From positions 1-32,293 of the forward strand of contig CAZBIG010000001.1 of the NCBI GenBank assembly GCA_964491865.1: DNA of 32,293 nt, given 5' to 3'. Made by a program: the position numbers and the translations under genes. Below, piece after piece: positions 8,301-20,300 of this stretch (positions are counted from its first letter, which is position 1; each line of letters begins with the position of its first letter). The DNA comes from an uncultured Neomegalonema sp. (GTDB lineage Bacteria > Pseudomonadota > Alphaproteobacteria > Rhodobacterales > Rhodobacteraceae). The notes below the pieces were generated by a model. The model worked only from the letters and a program-made list of their open reading frames with translations. It was not told the DNA's origin and did not search any database.

Positions 8301-11300
8301 ACTTACCAGATCGGAGACAGTGAAAACCCAGCCTTGGCGTCGGAAATTCCGGGTCTGACGGACGGCGAAGAATATTTTGTCCTCAAAGAGAGCGACGACA
8401 TCTTCCGCCTCAGCCCGATCGCGCCGATCCAAATGGACGTCGGCGCGGCGTCCTCGACCAGCACGCACGATCTGCGGCGATATGAGACGACGACCTTTAT
8501 GATCGACGTGGTGTCCGACAACACCATCGACATCGGCGACCATGGTTTCGACGACGGCGATCGCGTCTATTACACCCATGAGGGGCGGGCTGGCAGCGAC
8601 CTGGGCCTCGCCACCGACGGGACCTGGCACCGCGTCGTCGCTGTGAACGAGAGCGCCTTTAAGCTGATCGAAGAAAGCACCTATGCGGCGCTCGTCGAAA
8701 ATGGCGCATGGCTGTTCGACGACTCGAACCTCGAAAACATCAATGACGACGACTTTGTCGAGATCAAGGAGGGCATTGGCGGCCTCCACCGTTTCTACAC
8801 CGCGGGCCAAGCTCTGAGTTCGGCGCAAGGTCAGCAATTGAAGCTTGTCGACCACGGGTTCGAGACGGGCGACGTCGTCAGCTACACCTTCGCCGGAGCG
8901 CCCGGCTCGGAGCTGAGATATCTTGAGGACGGCGCGGAGCGGACGCTGTCGCACCATGGCGACGCCTTCGATACGGAGGTCCAGCAATATGTCGTCGTGG
9001 TCGAGGACGTGTCCGATACGGATGGGGACGCGAGCGACTATTTCCGCCTGGTGAAGATCGAAGACTGGCCGACGGTGTACGAAGACCCGGGGCTGGTCGA
9101 CGCGTTCGCGCTCGACTTCAGCCCCACCACCGAAGGCGGCGAGCATCGCTTTTTCGCCGAGCGAAACCTGGCGGTCGAGGCGCGCGCTTTCCGCATCGCC
9201 GAGATTTCGTTGAGCGACGCGGCCGACAACGCGAACACCTTTTACATTCCGGAGCACGGCTTTCAGACCGGCGACTTGGTGACCTACGGCCCGCTCGAGG
9301 AGTTGAACGGTTCGGGCTCGCCGCGGTGGATTCTCGGCCCCACCCTCGACCTCGAATACTACGTGCATGTGCCCGACCCGGTGAACGACCCCGATCGGCT
9401 CCGCCTGATCGAGGTGACCTCGATCGAAGACCCGACTGATTTGGCCTCCTTCGACAGGGCGGACGCGGTCGAATTGACCGTCGCGGACGGCGTCGACCTG
9501 CTCAACGAGCATTTTCTTCACGGCGCCCGCCATGTCGCCAGCTTCAATCCGGAACTCGTCAAGGGCGGCGATGCGCGCAATCCCGACAGCGGCTCGATCG
9601 ACCCGACGCGCGACGCGCTTTACTTCGCCGACGGCCACGGATTGGCGACCGGCGACCTTGTCACCTATGTGACCGACCAGTCGGTGACCAACCCGGTCAC
9701 CTTCCCCCATGTCGCGCATCACCTGTCGTTCGATCCCCGTCAATCGATCGCGCACGGCATCGAACAAGCGACCTACGAACTCGACGTCTTCATCAATGAC
9801 GACCATCTGATCGATATCGACGGCGGGCTCGAGAACGGCGATTTCGTGATCTACGAAGCGCGCGACAATGAGCTCGGCTCGCTGGTCGACGGCGCGCGCT
9901 ACCGCGTCCTGTTCAATCACTTGGACGGCGACGGCGCGCCTGATCCGTCGCGCTTCGTGCTGATCGCCGAAGAGAACTGGGACGACGCCTTTGTCGCCGA
10001 CGTCGCCGCCGCCAACGACGTCATCGAGCGTTTCGGCAGCGCGAACGCCGATAATCACAGCTTCACCCGCTATTTGTTCGACGACGACATCGATGGCGAG
10101 GCGGTCGGCGTCGTCTATATGTGGGGCAACAGCTTCCAAGACGGCGACCTCGTCACCTATCGCGCCGATCCGGCGACCGGCCCGATTGACGGCCTGACGG
10201 ACGGCGAGACCTATCGGGTGATCTTCCGCTCGTATACGGACGCCGGGCGGCTCGACCCCGACCGGTTCTCGCTGGTCGAACAGTCCGAATGGAACCGGGT
10301 CGGCTGGGAATTCGGCCAACCCAAAAACCGCCTGAGCGCGGTCGAATTCGGCCCCGCGTCCGGAAACCACGCCTTTGTCGGCACAGGCGATCTGCGATCG
10401 ATCCACGATAACGCGCTCGGCATCCAATACGGCGAGGAACTGGGCCTCAAAACCGGTCAAAAAGTTCAATACTGGTCCGGGACGTATTTAGAGACGGCGC
10501 TTGGCGACGCGGACGGCGTCACTTTCGCAAGCGACGACACGCTGTTTTTCGAGGGTCACGATCTCGTCGACGGCGACCTGGTGCGGTATCACCATGGCGG
10601 CGAAGCAGAAGACGCGATCTCCGGGCTGCAAATCGACCAAGACATCTATCGCGTCATTAACGCCACCGAAGACAGTTTTCAGCTGGTCCTCGACACCGAC
10701 TATCAGGCCGCGCTCGCCGCGGGCGACGAGGTGTCGTCGCTTGCGCCGATCGACACGCTCGGGAACGACGGCGAGCTCGACCTGCCGAACGACCATCTGT
10801 TCATGAAAGTCGTCGACACCAGCATCGACGGGCTCGTCGACCAGCAATATTATTACGTCATCGTCGACTCCGAAAACCCGGGCCTGCTGCGGTTGGCGGA
10901 GACCCGAGACGACGCGCTCGCCGGCGTGGCGATCGAGATCGTCGGCCATGATCCGCTGTCGGCGGTGCTCGGGGCGGCGGAGTCCCTGCACGAATTGAAG
11001 CTGGTCGTCGAAAACGAAGACGATTTTGATCTCGGATATTTCGAGCGGAAGCTGATCGACTTCGAGACCCCGACGGGTGAAGCCGCTGATTACGAGATTT
11101 CAGGCCTCACCCTCGGCGAGAAGTACACCGTCGTCGTGATCGACGATCATTGGATCCGCTTGCTGACCGAGGACGAGCTGCTGGGCGCGGACGCTGCGAG
11201 CGGCATCCTCATCGAGGGCCGCGGCGCGGGCGACGCCCACCGCTTCACGCTCGACGGCCTCCGAGACGGTGTTCAAGTCGAGGCGGATCTCGAGACCAAG

Positions 11301-14300
11301 CACATTGCAAAGTCTAAGCAGGAAGTCGGCATTTCGTTCAACTGGGCGAAATGGAAGGACTTTTTCAAGTTCGGGGATGTTTTTGCGTCCATCTTCTTCA
11401 TGGGCAGCGCGTACGGCACTAGTCAGTTTTACAAGCCGGACCCAAAACAACAGGAAAACCTCCAGAAACAGTACGAGAAAGAGACGGTGAAGTTCGCGGT
11501 CTCGACCGGCGTCACGCTGGTGGAGCAGACGGTCGAGGCTCTGGTCGGCGCCAATGCGCCGGAGGGGGAGACGACGGACATCGTCAGCGGCGACGCCGTT
11601 ATCATTCGCGCAACGTCGAAGCAGAGCTCGAACCACAACGTCCAGTCGACCCTTGAAAAGTCGAAAGGCAAAGGCGGCGATTTGTTCGCGGTGGCGTTCG
11701 GCTTTGCGATGATCGAAAACACCGGACGGGCCGTGGTCGGCGATCAAGGCCGCATCGACGCGGCGGGCGACGTGACGGTGACCGGCAAGGCGCTCAACCC
11801 GTTCAACGTGCCGATCGAGTATCTGTTCTTAGGTTGGCAAGACCATTGGGCGTCGAGCGGTTTCAGCGCCCTGTCGGACCGTCTTGACGGCAATGGCGGT
11901 CTGGGAACCATTTTCCTCAATAACTGGGTCACCTCATTCGCCAAAGGCGAGAACACGGATGACCGATCGGGAAGCGCGTCGACCTATGCGCTCGCGGTCG
12001 CGACGAACCTCTATTACAATGACGCTATTGCGAAGGTTTCGTCGGGCGCGCGGATCAATCGGGACATCGACCGCCTGACCGCGCTCGGGGCCGCGGCGAA
12101 ATCCGACCGGAGCGTCGAAGTCCGCTCGGTGATCACAGAAAAATTCGCCTTCGCCACCGGGGTCGCCAAGACCAGCTATGATATCGGCCTGGCGGCGAAG
12201 TTCTTCGCCAAAAAAAGCGCGTCCGATGTGCTCAAAGGCGCATTCCGGTTTCGCGGCGCCGGCGCCCAGCGCGCAATCGGCGCCGCCATCCATGTCGAAG
12301 TCAGCAAAAACAACTCCCATGCGACCATCGAGGCCGGCGCCGAGATTACGACGGGAACGGCTGGCGACCTAAAGGTGATCGCCGACGAAGAAATCTTCCG
12401 CCTCGCGCTGGCAACCGCCGGCGGCCGTGCGCACGAGGGTTTCAGAGACAAGGCGGACCGCGGGACCCTTTCGGCCGCGGGCACCGTGACCTGGTACGAC
12501 TTGGCGAGCCAAGTCTACGCCGGGATCGTCACCAATGACGAAGCCGGCGTCGTCGTCGAAGGCGGCGACGTTCTGGTCAAGGCTGATTCCGACGTCGAAA
12601 GCGTCGCGATATCGGGCATTGAGATCAGCGGAGACCGGAACACGGTCGGCATCTCGTTTACTTCAAGCTATTCCAAGCGTGACGTCGCCGCATTCATCGG
12701 GGCGCGGTACGATAAATATGACGACAATCCGGCAGAGAACTCGGTCGACGGCCAAGCTCGATTCGATGTGGGCGACGTTCGGGTTCAATCGGACAGCGAC
12801 GGCTTTATCGTCAGCGGGTCCACCGCCGGCACGCGCTCCATGGATCATTCGCATTACGATTTTGAGCAGCTGGCAGGTGATCCGGAGCGGAATGAAGCGC
12901 TCAGTACAGTGTCCGCGGCACAAACCACAGCGCCAGGACGCCGCCCGAGCTATGCGCCGTCAACCCAAGCGGACGGACTCAGCGCTGTTGCTGGCGGCGT
13001 GACGTCTTCCGGCTCGATCTCTCTCGTGTACCTGGGCGACGACACCTTCGCCTATATCTCCGATCGTGGTCAGTGGTCTGTCGACGATGTCGACGTCTCA
13101 GCCAAGGCGGGGACCTCGGTCGCGACCGCGACGGGCGCCGCCGCGCGGACGAAGAAGCCTAAATACACCCTAGAAGCGCCTGCGCGCACAAGCGGGTCCA
13201 CCACGATCGGCGGGGCGGTGTCGATCAATGTGGTCGAGACTGCGACCCACGCCTTCGTGCGCGACGTCGATCTCGAGCAGCGCAACGCTGACGACGCCCC
13301 GGTCGTCACGGTCAAGGCGAGGCGGACCGGCGACATAAATTCGTTCTCGGCCGCTCTCGCCTTTGACAGCGTGAGGTACGAGGAAATCGCAGAGGTTGAG
13401 CTCATTCCGGACAACTCGAGGTCGTTCGCCGCGGCGAATTCAATGAGTTTTGTCAAGGACGAGGTCAACGCGCAGATCGTCAACGCGTCGCTCAGCGGCG
13501 AGGGGACCGCGGCGGCGGGCGATCTCACGGTGATCGCCGCGCATGAAGGCGATGTGCTCGGGGTCGGCGGCGGCGCCAGCTACGGCACGGGGGCCGGCGC
13601 GGGCGGCTCGCTGGCGCTCAATTTCGTGTCGGCGAGCGCAAACGCGAAAATCGAAAACTCGGACATCGCCGTCGACGGCGACGTGTCGGTATTGGCCCGC
13701 AGCGACGTCGATGTGCACGCAGTCGCGATCAGTTCCGGCGTGGTCGGGAAAGTGGCCGACGGTCAAACCAACACCCGCACGAGCGCCTTCGGCTCGACCG
13801 TCGCGGTGAACTGGGTCGACTCGGACGCGGCGCTGTTGGACGACGAAGTCGACGGGCGCGCAAACCTGCCCGATATCAACGCCACGATCGCCAACAGCCG
13901 CATCGTGGCGGGCGGCGACGTGATCGTCGAAGCGCAAGACGACTCGAGAATCGCCTCTCTGGCCGGCGCGATGGCGATCGGCGGCACCAGTTTCGGCTGG
14001 GGCTCGGCCATCTCGATCAATGTGATCAGCACCGAGGTGGACGCGAAGATCGAGGGCGACAGCCATGTCGCAACGCTGAACGGCGACGTGACGCTGCTCG
14101 CGCATTCGACGACCGACGAGCTGCCGCGCGTCCCGTTGCCGAGTTTGAAGGTCACCTTCAGCTTCTCGACCATCTCGGGCCAGAGGTTCGTGCCCTATCC
14201 CTCTGGCGGCGGGGTCAGCGGCGGCAAATCGCCGTTTAACGACGGCGCCGACTCGAAAATCATGACGCTGGGCGTCAGCGGGGCCGGCGGCCAGGGCGTG

Positions 14301-17300
14301 ACAATCGGCCGGTCCCAGAGCGTCAACGTGATCACGTCGAAAGTGCGCGCGACGGTCGGCGACGGCGTCACGATCGAGAGCGGCGACGATGTCGAGGTCT
14401 TGGCGTCGGACGAAGCGGTGATCCGCTCGATGAACGGCGCGATCTCGGTGAACCTGAGCGCCGTCGCCTGGCGCGGCGCCGGCTACAGCGCGGCGATGAC
14501 CAGCAACGTGATCGACGCCGCCACCACCGCGCGGGTCGAGGACGCGACGATCCTGGCGGCGGGATCCGTTCGAGTGCGCGCCGATCAGGCGGCCCAGTCC
14601 CACGCCATCGCGTTCGGCGCCAGCGGCGGAACGGCCGGGGCCTCGATCGGCGGCTCGTCGCTCGGCGGATCGGTCGCCCTCGCGACGGTTTTGAACACGG
14701 TCATCGCGCATGTCGGCGAAGGCGCCAGCGTCGTCGCGGCGGAAGACGTCCATGTGAAGGCGGTGAACCGCGGCGTCGGCACCGCCGGCGCCGGCGCGCT
14801 GTCGGCGTTCGCCGGCGCGGCCGGCGGCAGCACCGCGGCGTCGGTCGGCAATCTCACGATCATCAACAAGACGTTCGCCCGCGTCGACGGCGACGCCCGC
14901 ATTTTCGCCGGCGCGGCGGGCGACGGGTTCGACGACCTCGACGGGCGCACCCGGCACGGCGTCGCTGTCGAAGCCAAGTCGCGCTATGTGTTTACGGTCG
15001 TCTCCGCGAGCGGGGCCGTGTTGATCGGCGCCTCGGGGGCCGCCTTTGGCGGCGCGGCCAACGCGAACGTCGTCGAGGACCGCACGAAAGCCTATGTGAC
15101 CGAAAGGTCCGGGGCGGGGGCGCCGACGATCCGGTCGCTGGGCGACGTCGCGATCAACGCGCGCAGCGAATTCGAGATCACCTCGGCCGCCGCCGGCGCG
15201 GGCCTGTCCATCGGGCGCGGGGCCGGCGCGGGCGTGGAAGTGACGATCGCGTCGCGGCAGACCGCCGCCTATGTGGCGAGCGGCGGGGTGATCGACGCCG
15301 GCGGCGACGTGGTCGTGACCGCCGAGGCCGATGATCAGCTCATGCTTCTGGGCCTCGCCTACGGCGGATCGCTCGGCAGGGCCGGCGCGGTCGCGTTCGC
15401 CCTCGACGTGGGCGCGCTCGCTCTCGAGACGACGGCGAAGATCGGGGCCGACGCGCGCGTGACGGCGATCGGCAACGTGGCGGTGACCGCGCTTTCGGAC
15501 GTGGAGCTCGACCACGCGGCCGGCTCTTTGGCGGTCGGGATCGACGCCGTTCCGGGCATCAGCCCCGCCACCGTCTCGGCCAGCGGCGCGGCGACCGTGG
15601 TCGACAAGACCACGCGGGCGGTGATCGCCGAAGGCGCGCAGGTGTCCGCCCTCGCCCAAACCGACGCGATCGAGGTGATTACGGGGCGGATCACGCAAGG
15701 CGAGGCCTATGACCGCACGGCCTCGCGCGAGATCCAGGTCGACGTCGATCCGACCGCCGATCTCGCGGCGGACGGCGTCACGATCAATTCCGCGAGCCAC
15801 GGCTTCCTGACCGGCGACGAAGTGCTCTACGTCGCGAGCGCGCGCGACATGGGCGACCTCGTCTCGGGCCGCAGCTATGTCGTCGTCAACGCCGACGCGG
15901 ACAGTTTCCAACTGGCCGAGAGCGCCGACGGCCCCGCCCTGTCTCTGACCGACGGGACGCTGCTGGGCCGGAACGACATCCAGACCTTCTCGACCGTGAT
16001 CGAGGTGGCGGCGCCGGAGCTGTCGGAAGACAGCGAAGTCCCGCTCGAGGCGGCGCATCGCGGCGATTACGTCGCGGAAACGGCGCTGCGGCGGGGCGTG
16101 ATCGTCGCCGCCGCGTCGATCGACGATCTGGAGATCTACGCCACGACCGGGGCTATGGCGATTTCGAGCGCCTCGGTCGCGATGACGGGCTCGGTCTCGA
16201 CCCACAGCATCGACACCGAAGCGGTGATCCGCCAAGGGGCGCGCGTCAACGACCCGACCGCCTTCGCGCGAAGCGTGGCGCCCGCCGACGTGACGGGCGG
16301 CGCGATCGACGCCTGGGGCCACGGCTTGGCGACCGGCGACCGCGTTGTCTATGCGGGCGCGAGCGTCGCCGACCTTGTCGACGGCGGCGTTTACGCCGTC
16401 ATCGCCCTCGACGCGAACCGCTTCGCCCTGGCCGCGATCGACGCGCCGGAGACGCCGATCGCGCTCAGCGCCCCGTCGACGGCCTTCACGCTGACGCGCG
16501 CCGATCTGCCGGACGCGCACAGCCGCCAAGGCGTCTATGTCGACGCCGGCCGCGGGCATCAGATCACCGTTGTCGGGGCCGGCGTCTCGGCCTCGAAACT
16601 TGCGGCGGCCGGCACGGCGGCGCTGAGCCTGCCGATGTTGGCGGGCGAGACCTACGCCGCGATCGAGGGCGGCTCGGGGGCCGTCGACACTGTGGTGCGG
16701 GCGGCGGGCGACGTCGAGGTGGCGGCCTTCGCCGCCAGCGTGACCGTCGGCTTCGCGGTCGGCGGCGCCGGCTCGGTCGGGATGCCGGCGCTCGCCGGCG
16801 CGGCGACGGCGGCGACCATCGACACCGACACGATCGCTCAGATCGCGGGCCAGGCGCGCGTGACCGCGGGCGGCAACGTCGCGGTCTTGGCGCAGGACGA
16901 CACTCAGGTCTACAGCGTCGCCGGCGCCGGCGCTTTCAGCTACGGCGCGAGCGCCGGGTCCGGCGCCATTTCGACGGTCATCATCCAGAAAGACACCAAA
17001 GCGTCGATCGAAGGCGCGTTCGTCGACGCCATGGGCGCGGGGCCCAGCACGGTCGGCGGCGTGACCGACGGCGGCTATGACGAGACCGGCGCGCCGGGCG
17101 CCGTCGACGGCGTCCGCGGCGTCGTGGTCGACGCCTCAAGCCGCGAGATCATCGAAGCGATCGCCGTCGGCACGGCGGCCGCGGGGGCCGGCTTCACCCT
17201 TTCGGGCTCGGTGGTTCACGTGTTCGCCGACAGCGACACGGCCGCCTTCGTGCGCGACGCGCAAATCAACCAGAACACGGGCCCCGGCGCGCACGCCGAG

Positions 17301-20300
17301 CAGTCGGTGCTCGTGGGCGCGCGCAACATGCTCGACGCGACCGCGGGCGCAGGCGGGTTGAGCGTGCAAATGGCGGGGGTCGCCGTCGGCGCGGCCTTTG
17401 GCGTGGTCACATTCCGCAACGACACCACGGCTTTCATCGGCCATGAGGGCCTGGCCGGCGACACCTCGGAAGTGCGCGCCGCCGACACGGTCGCGGTGCG
17501 CGCGGTCGGCGATCAAAAGCTCAACAACGTCGTCGCCGCCGGGGCGATCTCGCCGTTGTTCATCGGCGCCGCCGGGGCCTTCGCGGTCGTCAGCGTCGGC
17601 CAGGACGCCCAGAAAGACTGGAGCGACGGCCAGGGCAATGTCGGCTCGCTGTCCGAAGCGCAGGCGACCACCTCCTCGGAGAACTCGGGCGACGTGGTCG
17701 GCGAGTCGGACGAAGCGCTCGGCAATTTCTCGGGCGGCTATGAGGCGACCGCGCCCGAAGGGCTCGCCCTCGACGCCGGCGCGGTCGAAACCGCGGATAT
17801 CGGCCTTGTGCCCGGCGCGACCTATGTCGTGATCGCCGCGGACGGCGACGTCTTCCAGATCTCCGACGCCGAGGGCGGCGCGCCGATCACGATCGACATC
17901 GACGCGATGACGGCGGAGGAGCGGTATCTGTTCACAACCGCCGAGGGCGCGCGGTTGAGCTTCACGGCCGACGACACGGCGATCGACGCCAGCGGCCAGG
18001 TCGACGGCGGGCTGTTCTTCATCGCGGACTCGGCGCTTCAGGTCGGCGATCAACTGACCTTCGAGGCGCCCGGGCGGGTCTATCTGACCGAGGAGAACGG
18101 CCAGCGCGCCGGGTCCGGTTGGTCGACGGGCGCGCTGGTGGTCTATGACAGCGGCGCGTCGGCGGCGTTGTCGGGGCTGGTCGACGGCGCGGCCTATTAC
18201 GTCATCGCCGACGAAGAGCTCGAGGGCGGCGTCCGGCTGGCGGACAGCTATGAGAACGCGCTGGCCGGGATCGGCGTCTCGATTTCGGCCGGAGAAGGCG
18301 ACGGCCATCGCCTGATCCGCGCCTTGCCGACCTTCGATCCGGCCGGTCCTCGGGTCGACGAGGCGACCGGCGCGATCGACCTGGAATATGATTTCGGCCT
18401 GTCGACGGGCGATCTCATCCGGTACAGCGCGTCGGACGGCGAAGCGCTTGGCGGGCTCGTCTCGGGCCGCGCCTATTTCGCCGTGGTGGACGCCGAGGAT
18501 CCGACGAAGATCCGGCTGGCGGGGTCGCGAGACGACGCCTTCGCGGGCGCGCACATCGCCTTCACGGTGGGCGACGCGTCGGGCGCGGCGCACACGCTGA
18601 CGCCGATCGGCGACACCGGCGGCGGGATCAACTCGGGCGCGGCGCTGAGCATGGACGGGTTGGGCCGCCAGAGCGCGGCGCCGTCGCTCGAGGCGTTGGT
18701 TTTGTCGACGCCGAAGACCAGCGGCGTGACCGCCATGATCTGGAGCGACGTCGTCATCGACGCCGCCGATCTCGAGGTGACGGCGACCCTCGACAGCGAT
18801 CTCGACGTGACCGCGACCGGCGTGGGGATGGGCGGGGCGCAGCCGGCCGGCGGCGTCGGGGTCGGGATCGGGATCTCGACCGTGGTGGTCAACAACGACG
18901 TGACCGCCGAGGTGGTCGCCGGCTCGGGCGCGCTCGACGGGCGCACCACCCGCTTGAACGGGGCCGGGGCGCTCGACGTGACGGCGGATTATCGCGGCTC
19001 GGTGGACGCGGTCGCGGTGTCGGGGGCCGGCGCGTTCGTCGCCGCGGCGGGCTCGGCGGTGGTGATCCAGGACAGCAGCGACGTCAAAGCCCTGCTCGGA
19101 ACCGGCGCGCAGGACGCGTCCCAGGGCGTGGCGGTCACGGGCTTCGACGCGGTGACGGTCGCGGCCGACGGGCGGCTGCGGGCCGGGACGTTCGCGTCCC
19201 ACTTGATGCGGGCCGGCGGCGGTCTGGGCGCGAGCGTGGTCGATGTGCGGACCTCGGGCGACGTCATCGCGGCGGTCGGCCCGCACGGCCGGATCGGAAC
19301 GCCCGGCGATACGATCGGCGATCTGACGGTCTCGGCCACGCGCGCGATGTCGAACGATCAGGTCGACGCGCTCGACGACGTCTTCGACCGCGACGCGAGT
19401 TCGATGGCGCTCGGGGGCTCGGCGGCTCTTATCGGGGCCGTCGGCATGGCGGCCACGGCGATCGACCGCGGCGACGCCGTCGCCGAGATCCGCGAGAACG
19501 CGCGCGTCGACGCGACGGGCGTGCTGACCGTCGCCGCCGACGCGTCCGCGCATGTCCGGGCGACCGCGGCCGCGCTGCAGTTCGGGCTGAAGCACGCCGC
19601 CGGCGTGGTGGTCACGCGCGCCGAAAGCCGCGGCGACGCCCGCGCGCGGATCCTGGGTCAAGACGGCGCGCCGGCCGAAACCGACGCCCCGGCGATCCGC
19701 GCCGGCGGCGTGTCGGTGACGGCGCAGGCGGATAATCGCGCCAAAAGCTCGGGGAGCTCTCTGGCGATCGGCGCCACGATCGCCGCCTATAACCAGTCGG
19801 ACGCGGTGGTTTCCGGCGACGTGACGGCGCTGATCGGGGACCACGCGCATGTGGTCGCGGCGGCGGGCGGCGTGCTGGTCGGCGCGACCGGGCGCCTGCA
19901 CGGCGAGGCGGTGATCAGCGGCGCGACCGTCTCTTACGGCTCGGTCGCCGCGGGCCAGGCCCGAACCGACGTGTCCGGCGGCGACGTCGCGGCGGCGATC
20001 GGGGCCGGCGCGATCGTCCGCGCCGCCGCCGGGGTGGGCGTACAGGCCCGGTTCGAGGCGGCCGAGGACGGCCGCGCGGCCTACGCGGAAACGCTGGCCG
20101 GATCGGGCGACCTGGTCGGGCTGAACCTGCATTGGGCCGAGGCGCGATCCGACGTCGACTCGACCGCTCGGGTCGGGGCCGGCGCGATCATCGACGGCGG
20201 GGCCGGCGCGGTGGGGATCAGCGCGGTCTCGCATCGCAACACCGCCGAAGCCCGCGGCGACTCGGTGGCGCTCGCGGCGCTTGCGGTCGGCCAAATCGCG

